A DNA stretch of 54,841 nucleotides, filler included, from Streblomastix strix (Eukaryota): assembly GCA_008636045.1 (NCBI GenBank). It is 2 parts of 2 records of this genome, joined end to end, with 100 filler letters (N's around TTAATTAATTAA, not from the genome) between each part and the next. Parts side by side here need not be neighbours in the genome. Positions count along the whole stretch, not along the records: positions 1 to 27,412 come from SNRW01000145.1; 1 more part is not named here. The stretch is one strand, 5' to 3'. Under the pieces are notes generated by a model. The model saw only the letters and a list, made by a program, of their open reading frames with translations. It did no database searches and had not been told where the DNA came from. The position numbers and the translations under genes were made by a program. Below are positions 1 through 12,169 of the stretch, piece after piece (the stretch's first letter is position 1; each line of letters opens with the position of its first letter).

Positions 1-423
1 GTCACCTGTACCGGAGGAGCTGGACTATGATTGACTACTTATGCTCATCGTGAACGTTTGCTACGAACTGGGCCCATAGGCGCCCAGAGTCCAATAAACA
101 AAGGTGGAGCTCACCTTCTCTGGAGGAGGTGATGCATGATCTGAAAGGACATAATGGTTTTTACTATATTGCTTAATCTCTCATTTATTCTACTGTACTA
201 ACAAAAAATATTCAAATTAATGATTCTAATTGTTGTATTTTATTATATTTGTTTTTTTTTTAAAATTAATAAATCTCTTAATCCATAATAAAATAGTCTC
301 GCAATAATAATTTAATTTTAAAAAAACAAATTAATATTGTTTATTCAAATTTTTCTACAAATTTTATATTTTTTCTTTTTGTAATTTATATTATTTACCT
401 ATTTAAATATAATTTTTGTATTT

Positions 424-2019
424 AGTAGACAATGCCATAATAACCCATGGGTAATTTGAGTGGGGGGCAATTTCAAAAATCTTGGGTTAAAATATATTAA
501 GTTCAAAAGTTAAAATTGAAATTTAGTAAAATTGAAATAAATAAATAAAATTAAGAAAATATGAAAAAACGATAATAATTTTAATAATATTTCATGTTTG
601 AATATAAATAAAATGTATCTCTAATAAAATTAATAAAATTGAGTAAAATAGTATATTATTAATCAACGATTCTAGTACAAACAAAAAAATCAAATAATAG
701 AATATTTTTCAAGATTTTGTTCGTAGTGGTCATGCATATGAATCAATCTATGTATATAACAGTATGTAAATAAATTATTCTAATTTTTATATAAAAATTA
801 AATATAAATTGATTAAATTTAATGATTAAATTGATTTTTTTATTTAAAAATTCAATTTATGAAGCTTAAAGATATATTTTTAATAGCAAATGAAAATAAT
901 TGTAATAATTTAATTATACTTATAAAAATCAAAAAAATCAGAAGAATTTGGTTGATTGTTTCACATACTTTAGATAATCCAAATGTATTGAATTAAATAA
1001 TAGAAATTTAATCTAAAAATAAATAGATATAAACAGTAATTAATACTTCAACTTCAAAATAATTAAAAATTCAATTTTATTTATCAATTTTATCTATATT
1101 AATAAAATAGAACTGCAGCTCTTATAAAATTGAGATATGGGTGAGAAAATTGCCCAAATAACTTTTCCACGACAATACTAAAACTATTGTTTAAATCATG
1201 ATGCACACACAAATAATTAGAATGTACTAATTTAATTTCAATATGAAATGAAATTTATTTCTTTCCTGTTTTGTCCAGCCAACCTCTCCCATAAGATTTT
1301 TAGGAAAAATTGCATTTCTACTATACCATCATTTTTTTAATAAAGTTTATTATACATACACAAATAGTAGCTTCATAAAAAATGATTTTTTGTTAGATTC
1401 ACAATTATTTTCTTCTTGGTTGTGTTCATCCAACCTCACCCATCAAATTATGGGTGAAATGGGTGAGAAAATGGCACATTTGGCTATATTTCTCTATTGT
1501 TAGGTCTTCAGATTAAATTAAAATACGCACACGAATAATTGAATTATGAATATTCTAAAACACTAAGGAATATATTAAATTTTTCCTTAATCCACCTGTC
1601 CAACATCTCCCATAAGATTTTAGAGGAAAAAAATGGCCCAACTGACTTTTTAGCTCAAAGGTAGAGTTTATTTATTCAAATTAATATGCTTTTTCAAATA
1701 ATACCATTAATTTAATTCCAAAACATTATTAGTTACATTTTATTTTTTACCAGATCTGCCATATTAGCATATCCAATTAGATTTTTTGAAAAAAAATTAT
1801 CCAATTTGACTTTTTCTAATTACTCTCTATTTCTAACAAGTAGCATTTAATAATTTGATAATATTTACATAATAATAATAATTATTTTTATTTATTAACT
1901 TATTTTTAGTTCAAAATATAAGAAACAATTAAATTTATTAATATTTGAATTATTTTGGATAAAACTGAAACCATGGGTGGGTAATTTTATTTTGTTGGGT
2001 GACAATGGCACCATCTACT
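424..2019. mobile_element. Putative non-autonomous DNA transposon with imperfect TIRs and a ~162-bp internal degenerate repeat
   Basis: Left end AGTAGACAATGCCAT (424) compares with the reverse complement of the right end, AGTAGATGGTGCCAT (ends 2019). CCATGGGT occurs near both ends. Internal AAAAT(T/G)GC..-type motifs recur at ~1147, 1307, 1468, 1631 and 1794. No ORF. Confidence 0.5.
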
Positions 2020-2346
2020 TTAATAATTAATTAGAAAATATATTTATTATATATAAAATTATTTGAACTATAAATATATTTATTATTTTTTTAACAATTC
2101 AATTATAACAATATTTTTCAAAATGTTTTTTTTAAGAATCGTAAATATTGATATTAGATACGTTTCAAAGAAAACGGGAAAATGGATAAAGTTAATATTC
2201 AGAATTGACATGCTCAATTAACAGAATAAAACATTCATCAAACTTATATCAAAAAAAATTGAATTGAATTTTTAATGCAACAGAAACATATTTATTAATA
2301 GAACTTGTTTAAATTTAGAATAATTATATCTATTTTAATTTTCAAT

Positions 2347-5300
2347 CAGTGTTCACTTTTGCAACAAGTCACTTTTTGCATTTCAATTTTACTTATTGCA
2401 CCTATTTATTTTAATTGCAATAAAAAATCTCTCAAAAATTAACTCAGTAACTTCATTAATATTAAGTTTAAATTATTCAAAAAGTGTAGACTCTTCTTCT
2501 GAGCCAGGTTCTGATGTTCTTTTCCAAGATGTACGTCTATCCTTTTCTTTGTACCATAATTATGCAATCTCTAATACTTTTGAATTTGTTAATTTTCGCC
2601 ATCCGTTCATTTTAATGTTCATCAGAAATTGCAGCATAAAGGACCCCAATCTGTTTCTATTAGGCGTTTTGATTCTCTTCATGTGAGAAAACCCGCGTTC
2701 TGGCCAACAGTTATCAACAGGTAACGTCAAACATGCTTGTGCTAGAAACTGAAAAGCGGGAAAGATTGTATAGGATTGGTGAGTTGCAATTCGCAGACAA
2801 GCTTGGTTTGTTTCTAATTAATTCAAATTTAGAATTAGCTACTATTTGTTTGCTCTCCATTCTTTTAGAACATCTTCATCTTTCAAATGTTACAATTATT
2901 AGTTGAAATGGGACTTCAGAACTGAGACTTCATTTATTCCATAGTTTTCATTGTTTTTGTTAAGTGATGCAAATTATGGATTAAAGACGTAAAAGTTTGA
3001 AATGAATTTCTAATTATCGAGCCTTTTGTTGATATGTTCTATTGTTTCATCAATATAGATGTTTGAAATTTTCAATTACCAATATGTATCATCTTCGTTT
3101 AATTTTCAAGCTTCTAACATTTCCTATAATTCATCTTTTTCTTTTTGGATTCTAATTTATTCTTTTTTATCAATTTTTTTTCCTGATTATTTTCTATTTT
3201 GCTCTCTTTATTCAGCATCATTCTAAATTAGCTTTTAAAGTTCAATTTCATAAATTGGCCACTGTTTTCTTGTTTATTCAATAATTTCTTATGAAGTTTT
3301 AATCCTCATTAATTCATCTTTACAAGTTTAAATTGATGCAAGTATTTAATCAAATGGTAATGTTCCTTAAAGAAAAATTTTTGATAGAATCTTCAGTTGT
3401 TAAAGTACTGATCTCAAAATGAATAGACAAAGTATGATTTATTTCTTTTTAGTTTAATTTAGCAATCCATGCGCAGTCGAATCAAATTTAGTATTCCAAA
3501 TTTTTTCAAGAGCAATCCATATTGATGGTAGATCTATAATGACAGCTACAACTGATTCCCAATAGGACAGCCATCTTATAGTTACAACTCTTTTTAATTT
3601 GAGATGATCTTCATCATTAAAGCTTTGAATTTTAGCCAAAATTGCAACATGTAACGGGGAAATAACAAAAAAGTGCCATAATTGCTAAACAATTGCTTCA
3701 GCATGTAGAAATAGTTGTAGATCTTTTGAATGGATAGAATTTAGAGAAGCTAATTTAATCAATTGGCGCAACAATGGACAATGATAACTGATTGAAATTT
3801 TTCTACAATTTTTGATGTCATTGAGTGTCGACATCCAATCATGTTAGATGCTCCATCTACACATATTCCAATTAAATTATTCAAGTTTATGTCTTTATCT
3901 TTGCCCATTTCAACAAAGGTAGCAAAGAGATTATCTGCAGTTGCTCCTAAACTGGACGAAGGTCGCATGTCAAGAAATGATGTATGTGTCTGTTTATCTC
4001 GCCCAATATATCAAATAAATGTAGAAAACTGATTCAAATATGATACATCAGTACTTTCATCAATATATAAGCCAAAAAGCCATGAAAATTTGATTTTTTG
4101 CTTAATTTACATGGAAATGAAATCCTAAATGCATTTAATTATGTCGCATGTTACTTCATACGAAGTATGACCTAAATCAATATATTTTGGTTGTTTCGTA
4201 ACCTCAGTAAAAAGTTCTTATAATGATTTACAATTATCATTGACCATTTCTCCATACACTAACCAATACACTTGTTGTATTTGGTTAGCTGCACTTTAAA
4301 TCATTTCTTCTTATTTTAATTTAGCTTATTAAAATAAAGGTGAATTTTATTATTGTCCGTTAATTCCAATTGCATCAAAATGGGAATATGATTTAATATG
4401 ATTTCTAAGTTATAATCTCTATTCCTGTCTTCCTTCTGATAAAATATATTCTTAATTCTTTTCTCTAGCAACTGATGGAATTTGTTCACAAATTTTACAC
4501 ATTACTCCTTTTGTATCAGTAAGGCGAAAGATTGGGTTTCCGTATTGATCCAAGAATTCTTTTTCCGTTAAATAATCTTCAGAAAATTTATGTTTTGAAG
4601 TTTTGTTATCAGTTTCGCGAGCTCTTTTTGTTGCAGTATCATCAACTGTAGTATTCAATTCGTTATATGCTCGTTTTGTTGATTCTAAATTAATTTGATA
4701 ATATAAAAATATAATATTTTTAATAAAAATCACAATTGATTCATATAAGGTGTTGATTAAAGCAATTATCTGTCTATCTTTTCTTCTTTTTCTGTCTCAT
4801 CATGATTTAAGTTTATATTTTTAACTTCAACTTTGCTACATTTAACGAATTATAGAGTAGTCTATTTTAAATTATGAATAATAAGTTTAACTAATAATTT
4901 AGAAGCAATTAACCAACATACTTTGATGTTTTACTCGTAATTGACTTGCATTCGATTTATTTTCAGTAATTATTATCTTATTTGTAATGCTTTTCAACTA
5001 ATTATCTGCAAAAAATAAAATTCAATTGACAATATTATAAAAAAAACTACTATTAATACAATAATATACCTGCAGATTTCTATTATTCATAATTGTTCTC
5101 CTTGATTGTATTTTCGTGTTTCTCGATATCCTTTTCCATCAATGTCATTATACACTAACTAAAAATATATAATTAATAAAAATAAAATCAATTTATTATT
5201 AATTAGTGATAATTAACATTAAATTTATACAAATTTAAAAAAATATATTTAGATTTATTTTTCAATGAGTCATATATTTTTACTATTTATTAATTAACAA

Positions 5301-5517
5301 AATAATTAAATATTATATTTATTATTATTATAAATTTTATTTTATTGAAATAGCTTTATGAAACACTGAATTAAAAATCGGATATTTTTTTTAATTTGGA
5401 TGAATTCCTTTGTCGCATTATTACTATAGTAGACAATTTTGACTTGTTGCACCTTCCAATTATTTTTTTTGGACTTGTTGCAAAATGCAACAAGTCCAAA
5501 GGCTAGAGGGAACGCTG
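2347..5517 (-). mobile_element. hAT-superfamily DNA transposon
   Basis: Ends are CAGTGTTCAC (2347) and, reverse-complemented, CAGCGTTCCC (5517). Subterminal TGCAACAAGTC/GACTTGTTGCA repeats lie at ~2360, 5441, 5472 and 5486. The element encloses a hAT transposase. No clean 8-bp TSD. Confidence 0.75.
2383..5155 (-). pseudogene. hAT transposase (ZNF862/ZMYM-like), inactivated
   Basis: With TAA/TAG=Q: FGLYIDESTDVS (~4050-4080), GICVDGASNMIG, VHCCAN*LNLA (in-frame TGA at 3759), TIRWLSYW, and the C-terminal dimerisation motif LTLPVDNCWPERGFSHMKRIKTPNRNRL (~2645-2735). Probable introns at 4685-4733 and ~5006-5069. 5' boundary is approximate. Confidence 0.88.
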
Positions 5518-6289
5518 TTGAAAATATCAGGTACTTTTATAAATCTCAATATTTTAAATGATCGGAGCATAACTAGGAAATTATTTATATTGCATAATAT
5601 ATATTTCATATATAGTAATAAAATAAAACTCAAAATATAAATATATTATATATTTGTTGTGATTTTATTTGAATATTTAAGGTAAAAAATCATTAAAACA
5701 ATAAAAGTATAGTTAAATAATTCAAGTCCCAAAAAACTTATCATGAAAAAATAAAATTAAAATGTAGTGAACGTCGAAACACATGTCATCATGAGTCGGA
5801 AAAATCGTTGGCGGGAGAAAAGAGAAAAATAAAATAAAAAATAACAAAAAAAAACCTTGGTATAAAATTAATAATATAATATTAGATTCAAAAATGAAAA
5901 TGAAGTTTACTCTGAAAATTAAGATAAAATTGATATTATTGAAGTATTAAATTAAGTAAATGACCTAAAAAATGCAAAATTTGAGTCAAAAAAAATCAAG
6001 ATGTGTCTAGCCTTATCTAGATGATAAGAATGATCAAATTATATTTGATTAGATTAATTTCTTTATACTTAAAAAATATCATTTTATGAACATTATAAAA
6101 CTTGTTTGAAATGAGCGATTAATCAATCATTTTGAGATTGTGTTCTATTGCATTTAATTGGTCATAAAAATTTATTATTTTATGTAAATAATTATTTTAT
6201 AAAAGTTAAATATAAAATTAAAATTAATACTTTTTTATTTCTAAAGAAATTTTGGGTTTTAATTTCCAACGGATTCAACACATTCACCA

Positions 6290-7620
6290 GTACTGCAAAT
6301 TCGTCCAATTGACGAGATTGTAAACTCAAAAGAATATATAGATTCTGATAATAATAATAAAAAGCATATATTTTATTATCTTAGATAGATTTATCCAATT
6401 AACAAATTTTTGAAGAAACTGAACTAGGAATAAAATCTATTAAAACTGCAAGAAAAAATCTAAAAAATAATAGAGAACCTGAAATTGTTGGATGCCCAAA
6501 ACTATTGAATGAAGCTTAGGAAGACCTTTTATTTCAAGAGATTTGTAAGAAAATTAAAACCAGGGAAATTCTAGATACTCTTGATGTAATATAGATGGTT
6601 TTAAGTAAAATTTTAATTAAATATTTTTTTTACATTTATTTATAGGCTTGGAATTTAAAAAGTATAACAGAAAACGTCAAGAAAAAGTTAAATCTAAGTT
6701 GGATATGCAATTTCATAGATAAACGCAAAGAATTTAAGTTGGTATGCAGACATTTTCTAGATTTTCAGAGATTCTTAGCTTCTACAAGAAGAGTAATTCG
6801 GCCAAATCCGGTGTTTCTAATTCATATATTTACACTTTAGATGATTGAAATTGACGATATCTGGAACTTTGATGAGAGTTCTTTGCAGAAACATGACGGG
6901 AAAAGTAGGAGAGTAATCAATAAAAGATCAATGAAAGTTGTATATCGGTAGACAATAAAATAATAACGAAACACAACATTTACTGTCTGTTGCTCAGGAA
7001 GAGGAGATATGCTGAAAGCATAAGTAATAGTTCAAGAAAAATCAATTCTTCCAGAGTTCAAAAGGCTAAATGAAGACTTGTTTATAGTTGTTTAGAACGA
7101 TTGTGGCTGGCAAACAATTGCTACTTTTGATGATTACATGGTTAATTGCGTTCTTCCAGAAATAGCGCACAGAAGAGAGAATAATGGTGTTAGCACAAGA
7201 TCGCTTCTACTCTTATATTCACGTGCATCACGAATGAATAGGAACATAACTAATAAAGCTATAGAGTTAAAATACATATTTTCACCTTCAACTCATATAC
7301 TTCACGCCTTCTTCAATCATTCGACTGTGGTATCTTTTCATCACTGAAACAAAGACTGGGAAATGTGTTTATAATTCCGATTTAATGGACAACATCCTAG
7401 TTTAAAAAAGCCATACTGGAAGTATTTCAAGACACATATAAAAGAGCAATATAATCAGAAATTATTAAAAATGGGTTTAAAACAGCATCAATCTGCCCTA
7501 TTGATATAAATGCAAAATTAAAAGACTTACAAAAATCTAGAACAATTTATTAATTAAAAACAAATTCTACATAATAATCTTGGATATCAAATCCAATAAA
7601 TATAAAGATTGAATAAAGTA
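6290..7620 (+). pseudogene. pogo-family (HTH_CENPB + DDE_1) transposase, degenerate
   Basis: REPEIVGCPKLLNEAQEDLL, probable intron 6598-6645, SWICNFIDKR, DIWNFDESSLQ, TFTVCCSGRGDML, QNDCGWQT, RSLLLLYSRASR (the expected catalytic D is replaced by Y), and a frameshift near PSTHILH (~7300). Confidence 0.82.
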
Positions 7621-9437
7621 AACAATAATTATAAATTATAATGAAAAAGAAAATACATGTTTATTTATATAATAATCATCAAAATCATAATTAATATCAG
7701 ATCCTCTTATTGTTTCAAATTATGCATCAATTATTACATTCTAAGATCCAATAGTGGATCAATGAATTGGTTAACAATAATTAAAATAATTATAATTGGA
7801 AGCAGATTAAAAAATTTGGAAAGAAAATGAGATTAAAGCAGCAAAATAAACAGACGTAGCAAAAACAAATGGAAAAAAGAAATATTATTGCTGTGATGAA
7901 TCTTAAACAAACGAAGAAAATAATGAATTAGAATAAGAAAAAGAAAAAATTGCGAATGAAGAAAGAGTTTAAACTAGATGGAGAGTAACAAGAAAAAGGA
8001 GGAAAAGAGATTTGACATTAATAGGAAGGACTTCAGTTTCAATACAAGGTTCTCCTCCTCCTTTGTATTTTGCTGGAAGGCTAATAACAGGAGATAAATT
8101 CCTAGAAGAGATGAATATACATAAATTAGAAAAAGAAAGAATTAATAAAAGAAAGTAAGAAAATTAATAAAAGAGAGATAAAAACAAAGAATTAAAATAA
8201 GAAATGTTAATGGAAAAAGATGTCTAGAAGATAGATAAAAAGATGAAATCAATGGTTAGAAAAATTAAGGACAAAATAAGAAATTATATAAAAAATAAAT
8301 TACATGAAAAACTAGTACAATAGTTTGTAAACACGTGAAAATTGTAAACACGTGAATAATAAAAATAAATTTCATATTATTTTCTAAAAATTGTCAGAAA
8401 ATATATAAATTCAATTTAAAATTTCCTAAAAATAAAAAATAAATTAAAATTATTGAAAAATGGATCTTATTTAAATTTTAATTGCTAAAAATTTAAATTT
8501 TTTAAACTTTTATATATTTAAATTAAAAAATTTTATATTTTCAAATTAAAATTTAAATAAAATTTTTTTTTGGAGTGTAAAATTTATTAATATATACTTT
8601 TTTGAAATTTATTTATTGAAATAGTGTAATTTAAGATAATTTTCATAGAATTATTTAAATAAAATTTTATTATTCACGAGTTTACAATTTTCACGCATTT
8701 ACAACACATTGTAATGCTGGTAAAAAATAAAATACTGTTGATGTTAATGCAAATCTGAAAAAGAAATCTAAAAATGAAATAGATGCAACCGATATGGATG
8801 ATTAAGAAACTGATGCAATAGCAATAGATCAAGAAAAAGAATAAGATGAAATTGATGCTATCGCAATAGATAATGAAGTAGATGATGATGAAACTGATGC
8901 TATTGCAATTGATAAAAAATAAAAGATGAAATTGATGCTTATAACAATAATAATCAAGATTTTGAAGATGCTGAAATCGAACTAGAAAAAGATTAAGATG
9001 AAAATAATATAGATACAGATGTAATCGAGTAAGATGGAGCTTAAACTACTGCAATGAACAAAAATATAATTGGAGATGGAAAAGCAGTTAATAGGAAAAG
9101 AGAACAAAATAATATATAACAATAATCTTAAAGAAAAAGAGGAAGACTATGAAAATGCAAAGGAAGGGAAAGAATATGAGCAGGAAGAAAGAGAACTAGA
9201 ATTAGTAGTTGAGATTCAGAAATTGAATTAGAAAAAGATGAGAAAAGGTAAGAAGATTTGATAAAAGAATAAGAATTAGTATGAAATGAGAATTTTGATG
9301 ATGATGAAGAAGAAGGAAATGAAGATTATAGTGAATAGGACGAGATTGAATTTACAAGCGATGATGAAGTATTTGAAATTGAAGAAGTTAAAGATAGTAA
9401 TAAAAGGAAAAAAAAAATTAAAGGAGTGATGAAATAA
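7620..9437 (+). pseudogene. Frameshifted low-complexity Lys/Glu/Asp-rich coding region, probably the C-terminal tail of the pogo ORF
   Basis: Charged reading frames with repeated (E)TDAIAID/EIDAIAID peptides (8780-8940) and acidic tracts (9290-9400). Interrupted by a MITE. Confidence 0.5.
8318..8711. mobile_element. Tc1/mariner-type MITE with TA target duplication
   Basis: TIR CAATAGTTTGTAAACACGTGAAAATTGTAAACACGTGAATAATAAAA vs reverse complement CAATGTGTTGTAAATGCGTGAAAATTGTAAACTCGTGAATAATAAAA. TA at 8316-8317 and 8712-8713. Confidence 0.85.
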
Positions 9438-9694
9438 ATTTTGAAAAGAAATAACACAAACCCAAAATCAGTCAAGAATCAATGGAACTTTGTGAATATT
9501 TACAAAGCTCGAAAATGATACATAAACTTGCATTTCAATTGTTTCTATAACATATTTAAGAATAAAAATAAAAAATATAATATTATTTTATATTAATAAT
9601 ATAATAATTTTTTAATAATGCAATCAATTAGAAAAATAATTCTTTTGTAAACAATTTCACATATTTTAATACGAATTTAATACTGTATTTCAAC

Positions 9695-10530
9695 TATATT
9701 TTTGATTATAAATGTGTTAATCTACTATATCTGTAAGTTACACTCAGAATGTGTTGCTGTTTTATATCTGCTTGTTAGATTTTGAATGTGTTGCTGTTTT
9801 ATATCTGCTTGTTAGATTTTGAATGTGTTGATATATTATATCTGCATGTTATATTCTGAATGTGTTGCAGTATTATATCTGAAAGTTATATTCAGATTGC
9901 ATTGCAATATTATATCTATATGTTAGATTCTGAATGTATTGCAGTATTATATCTATATGTTAGATTCTGAATGTGTTGCAGTGATATATCTATATGTTTG
10001 ATTCTGAATGTATTGCAGTATTATATCTATATGTTAGATTCTGAATGTGTTGCAGTATTATATCTATATGTTAGATTCAGAATATATTGCAGTATTATAT
10101 CTATATTTAAGATTCTGAAAATGTTGCTGTTTTATATCTGTATGTTAGATTCTGAATGTGTTGCTATATTATATCTGCATCTTAGATTCTGAATGTGCTA
10201 CTATATTATATCTACATGTTACATTCAGATTGAGTTGCTGCATTAAGTCTGTATTTTAGATTCTAATTATGTTACTGTATTATATTTGTAATTTAGATTC
10301 TGAGTGTGTTACTGTATTATATTTGTAATTTAGATTCTGAATATGTTGCTGTATTATATCTACGTAATAGATTCTGAATGTGTTGCTGTATTAAATCTGT
10401 ATATTAGATTCTGAATATTTTACTGTATTATATCAATATATTATATTTTGAATATGTTGCAGTTTTACGCCATTAAGTTAAATTCTGAATGTATTGATGT
10501 ATTACATAAATATATTAGAAAATGAATAAA
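9695..10530. repeat. 37-bp minisatellite, about 22 degenerate copies
   Basis: Unit TAGATTCTGAATGTGTTGCAGTATTATATCTATATGT, with starts at 9924, 9961 and onward at 37-bp spacing. No unique spacers. Confidence 0.93.
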
Positions 10531-12169
10531 ATATGAAGTTATTAATAATAAAGATATTAAAATCAAAAAAAATAGAAATATTTCTTCATATTTTAAATAT
10601 GCTATTAAAATTGAATTTAAAGTATAAAATTAGCTTGAGATTATGAATTTAATTTTAATTTATTAGTTGATTTTTAAATTATCTTAATATTAAATTGAAT
10701 TTTTATTAAAAAATTATTTTTAATTAATAGCTACGTTTCAAATAGAAAATAACAAATTATTATAAAATTATCAGTGTATTGAACTGAGATTTATTATAAT
10801 TTTATTTTAAATCAACTTTAAACCTTAAAACTGTTTTGAAATATGTATTTTAATTTTTCTGATTTCACGAATTCGTATTAATATTTGCATTGAACTCATC
10901 TCATTGTATAAATATCGAAAATATAAAATAAATATCAAATAATCGATATATTTTATGATTCATGTGAACTAATGGAATGATTCTTAAATTTCGAAATAAT
11001 TCAAATAAATATTTATGCATATATTAATTTCAAAATAGATATTATATTAATTATGTTCAAATTTAATAAAATTTAATCATTCTTATCATCTAGATAAGGC
11101 TAGACACGTCTAGATTTTTTTGACTCTAATTTTGCTTTTTTATGTCATTTACTTGATTTAATACTTAAATTATTTCTACTTAATCTTTTCTTTTCCGAGT
11201 GAACTACATTTTCATGTTTAAATCTAATAATATTTTATTTATTTTCTATCAAAAATTTTCTGTTATTTTTTATTTCGTTTTTCTCTTTTCTCTCACTAAC
11301 GATTTTTCCGACTCATGATGACATGTGTTTCGACGTTCACTACATTTTAATTTCACTTTCTACTTAATAAGTTTTTTGAAATTTGAATTATTTAACTATA
11401 CTTTTATTATTTTAATGAATTGTTTACCTTAAATATTCAAATAAAATCATAGCAATTACATAATATAATTGTAATTTGAATTCAACTTTATTACTATATA
11501 TACGGTATATATATGAATCTATATAAATATTTTTTTAATTATGCTCTGATCATTTCAAATATTGAAATTTATAAAAGTATGTAATATTTTCAAAGTATCT
11601 AATTTTCGAATAACCCTATTTTTAATTAATAAATTTTAAAAATTAAAATATTTCATTCAAAGATAGATAATAATAATCGAAGTTTTAAATTTGTATTAAA
11701 AGATATAAGTTATACACTTTATGTCTTCGGGGTATCGAAAACATGCCATAATTAAGAATTTATTGTGAAATTTTAAAAAGTATGATTTTTTTAATTTTTG
11801 AAATCTAACCCATAAATTAAATACTTTAACATAATTTAAGAAAATATTTTTAGATATTAATCATACAAATACATATTCACAGTTTAATTTAAAACTTTTA
11901 TATTCCACATCGTGAAATTTTGTCAAAGCACCTTTGAGTAATTTTAGTGAGCATTTTAAGCATTTTTAATTGCACTTATTAGAGCGTTACGATTTTTTGA
12001 CCGAACAAAGTCGTAATATTAATAAAAATATACTAATTGTTAATTAATAAAATATTATCAACAAAAATAATAGATATTGAATTTAAACCATTTTTTATTT
12101 ATATTGGACAAGTAATATTTTAAAAATTGGAATTAAATTAATATAAGCGTTCATCAAATAAGACACTAA

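Larger units (their letters stand above)
5518..11616 (+). mobile_element. pogo/Tigger-type DDE transposon bounded by ~550-bp inverted repeats
   Basis: 5518-~6060 is the reverse complement of ~11050-11593 (e.g. AATGTAGTGAACGTCGAAACACATGTCATCATGAGTCGGAAAAATCGTT at 5761 vs ~11298-11346). The probable right end ...TAACCC at 11616 is followed by TA. Confidence 0.75.

Noticed and set aside
2..184. 60-codon minus-strand ORF (MRDQAIQQKPLCPF...) in GC-richer sequence
   Set aside because: It is at the window edge with no recognisable motif and is probably the end of another repeat.
2396..2686. Plus-strand 96-aa ORF and similar short hydrophobic ORFs (e.g. 28131-28585, 29017-29289, 36746-38985)
   Set aside because: They are antisense shadows of opposite-strand coding regions, produced by using the wrong genetic code.
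9971..10192. 73-aa ORF in the supplied track
   Set aside because: It is a translation of the non-triplet minisatellite.
9695..10530. CRISPR array (37-bp repeats)
   Set aside because: The repeats are head-to-tail with no unique spacers, there are no cas genes, and the context is eukaryotic.
11986..12020. Hairpin TTACGATTTT...AAAGTCGTAA as a terminator or ncRNA
   Set aside because: It is short and imperfect with no supporting context, and more likely a transposon remnant.
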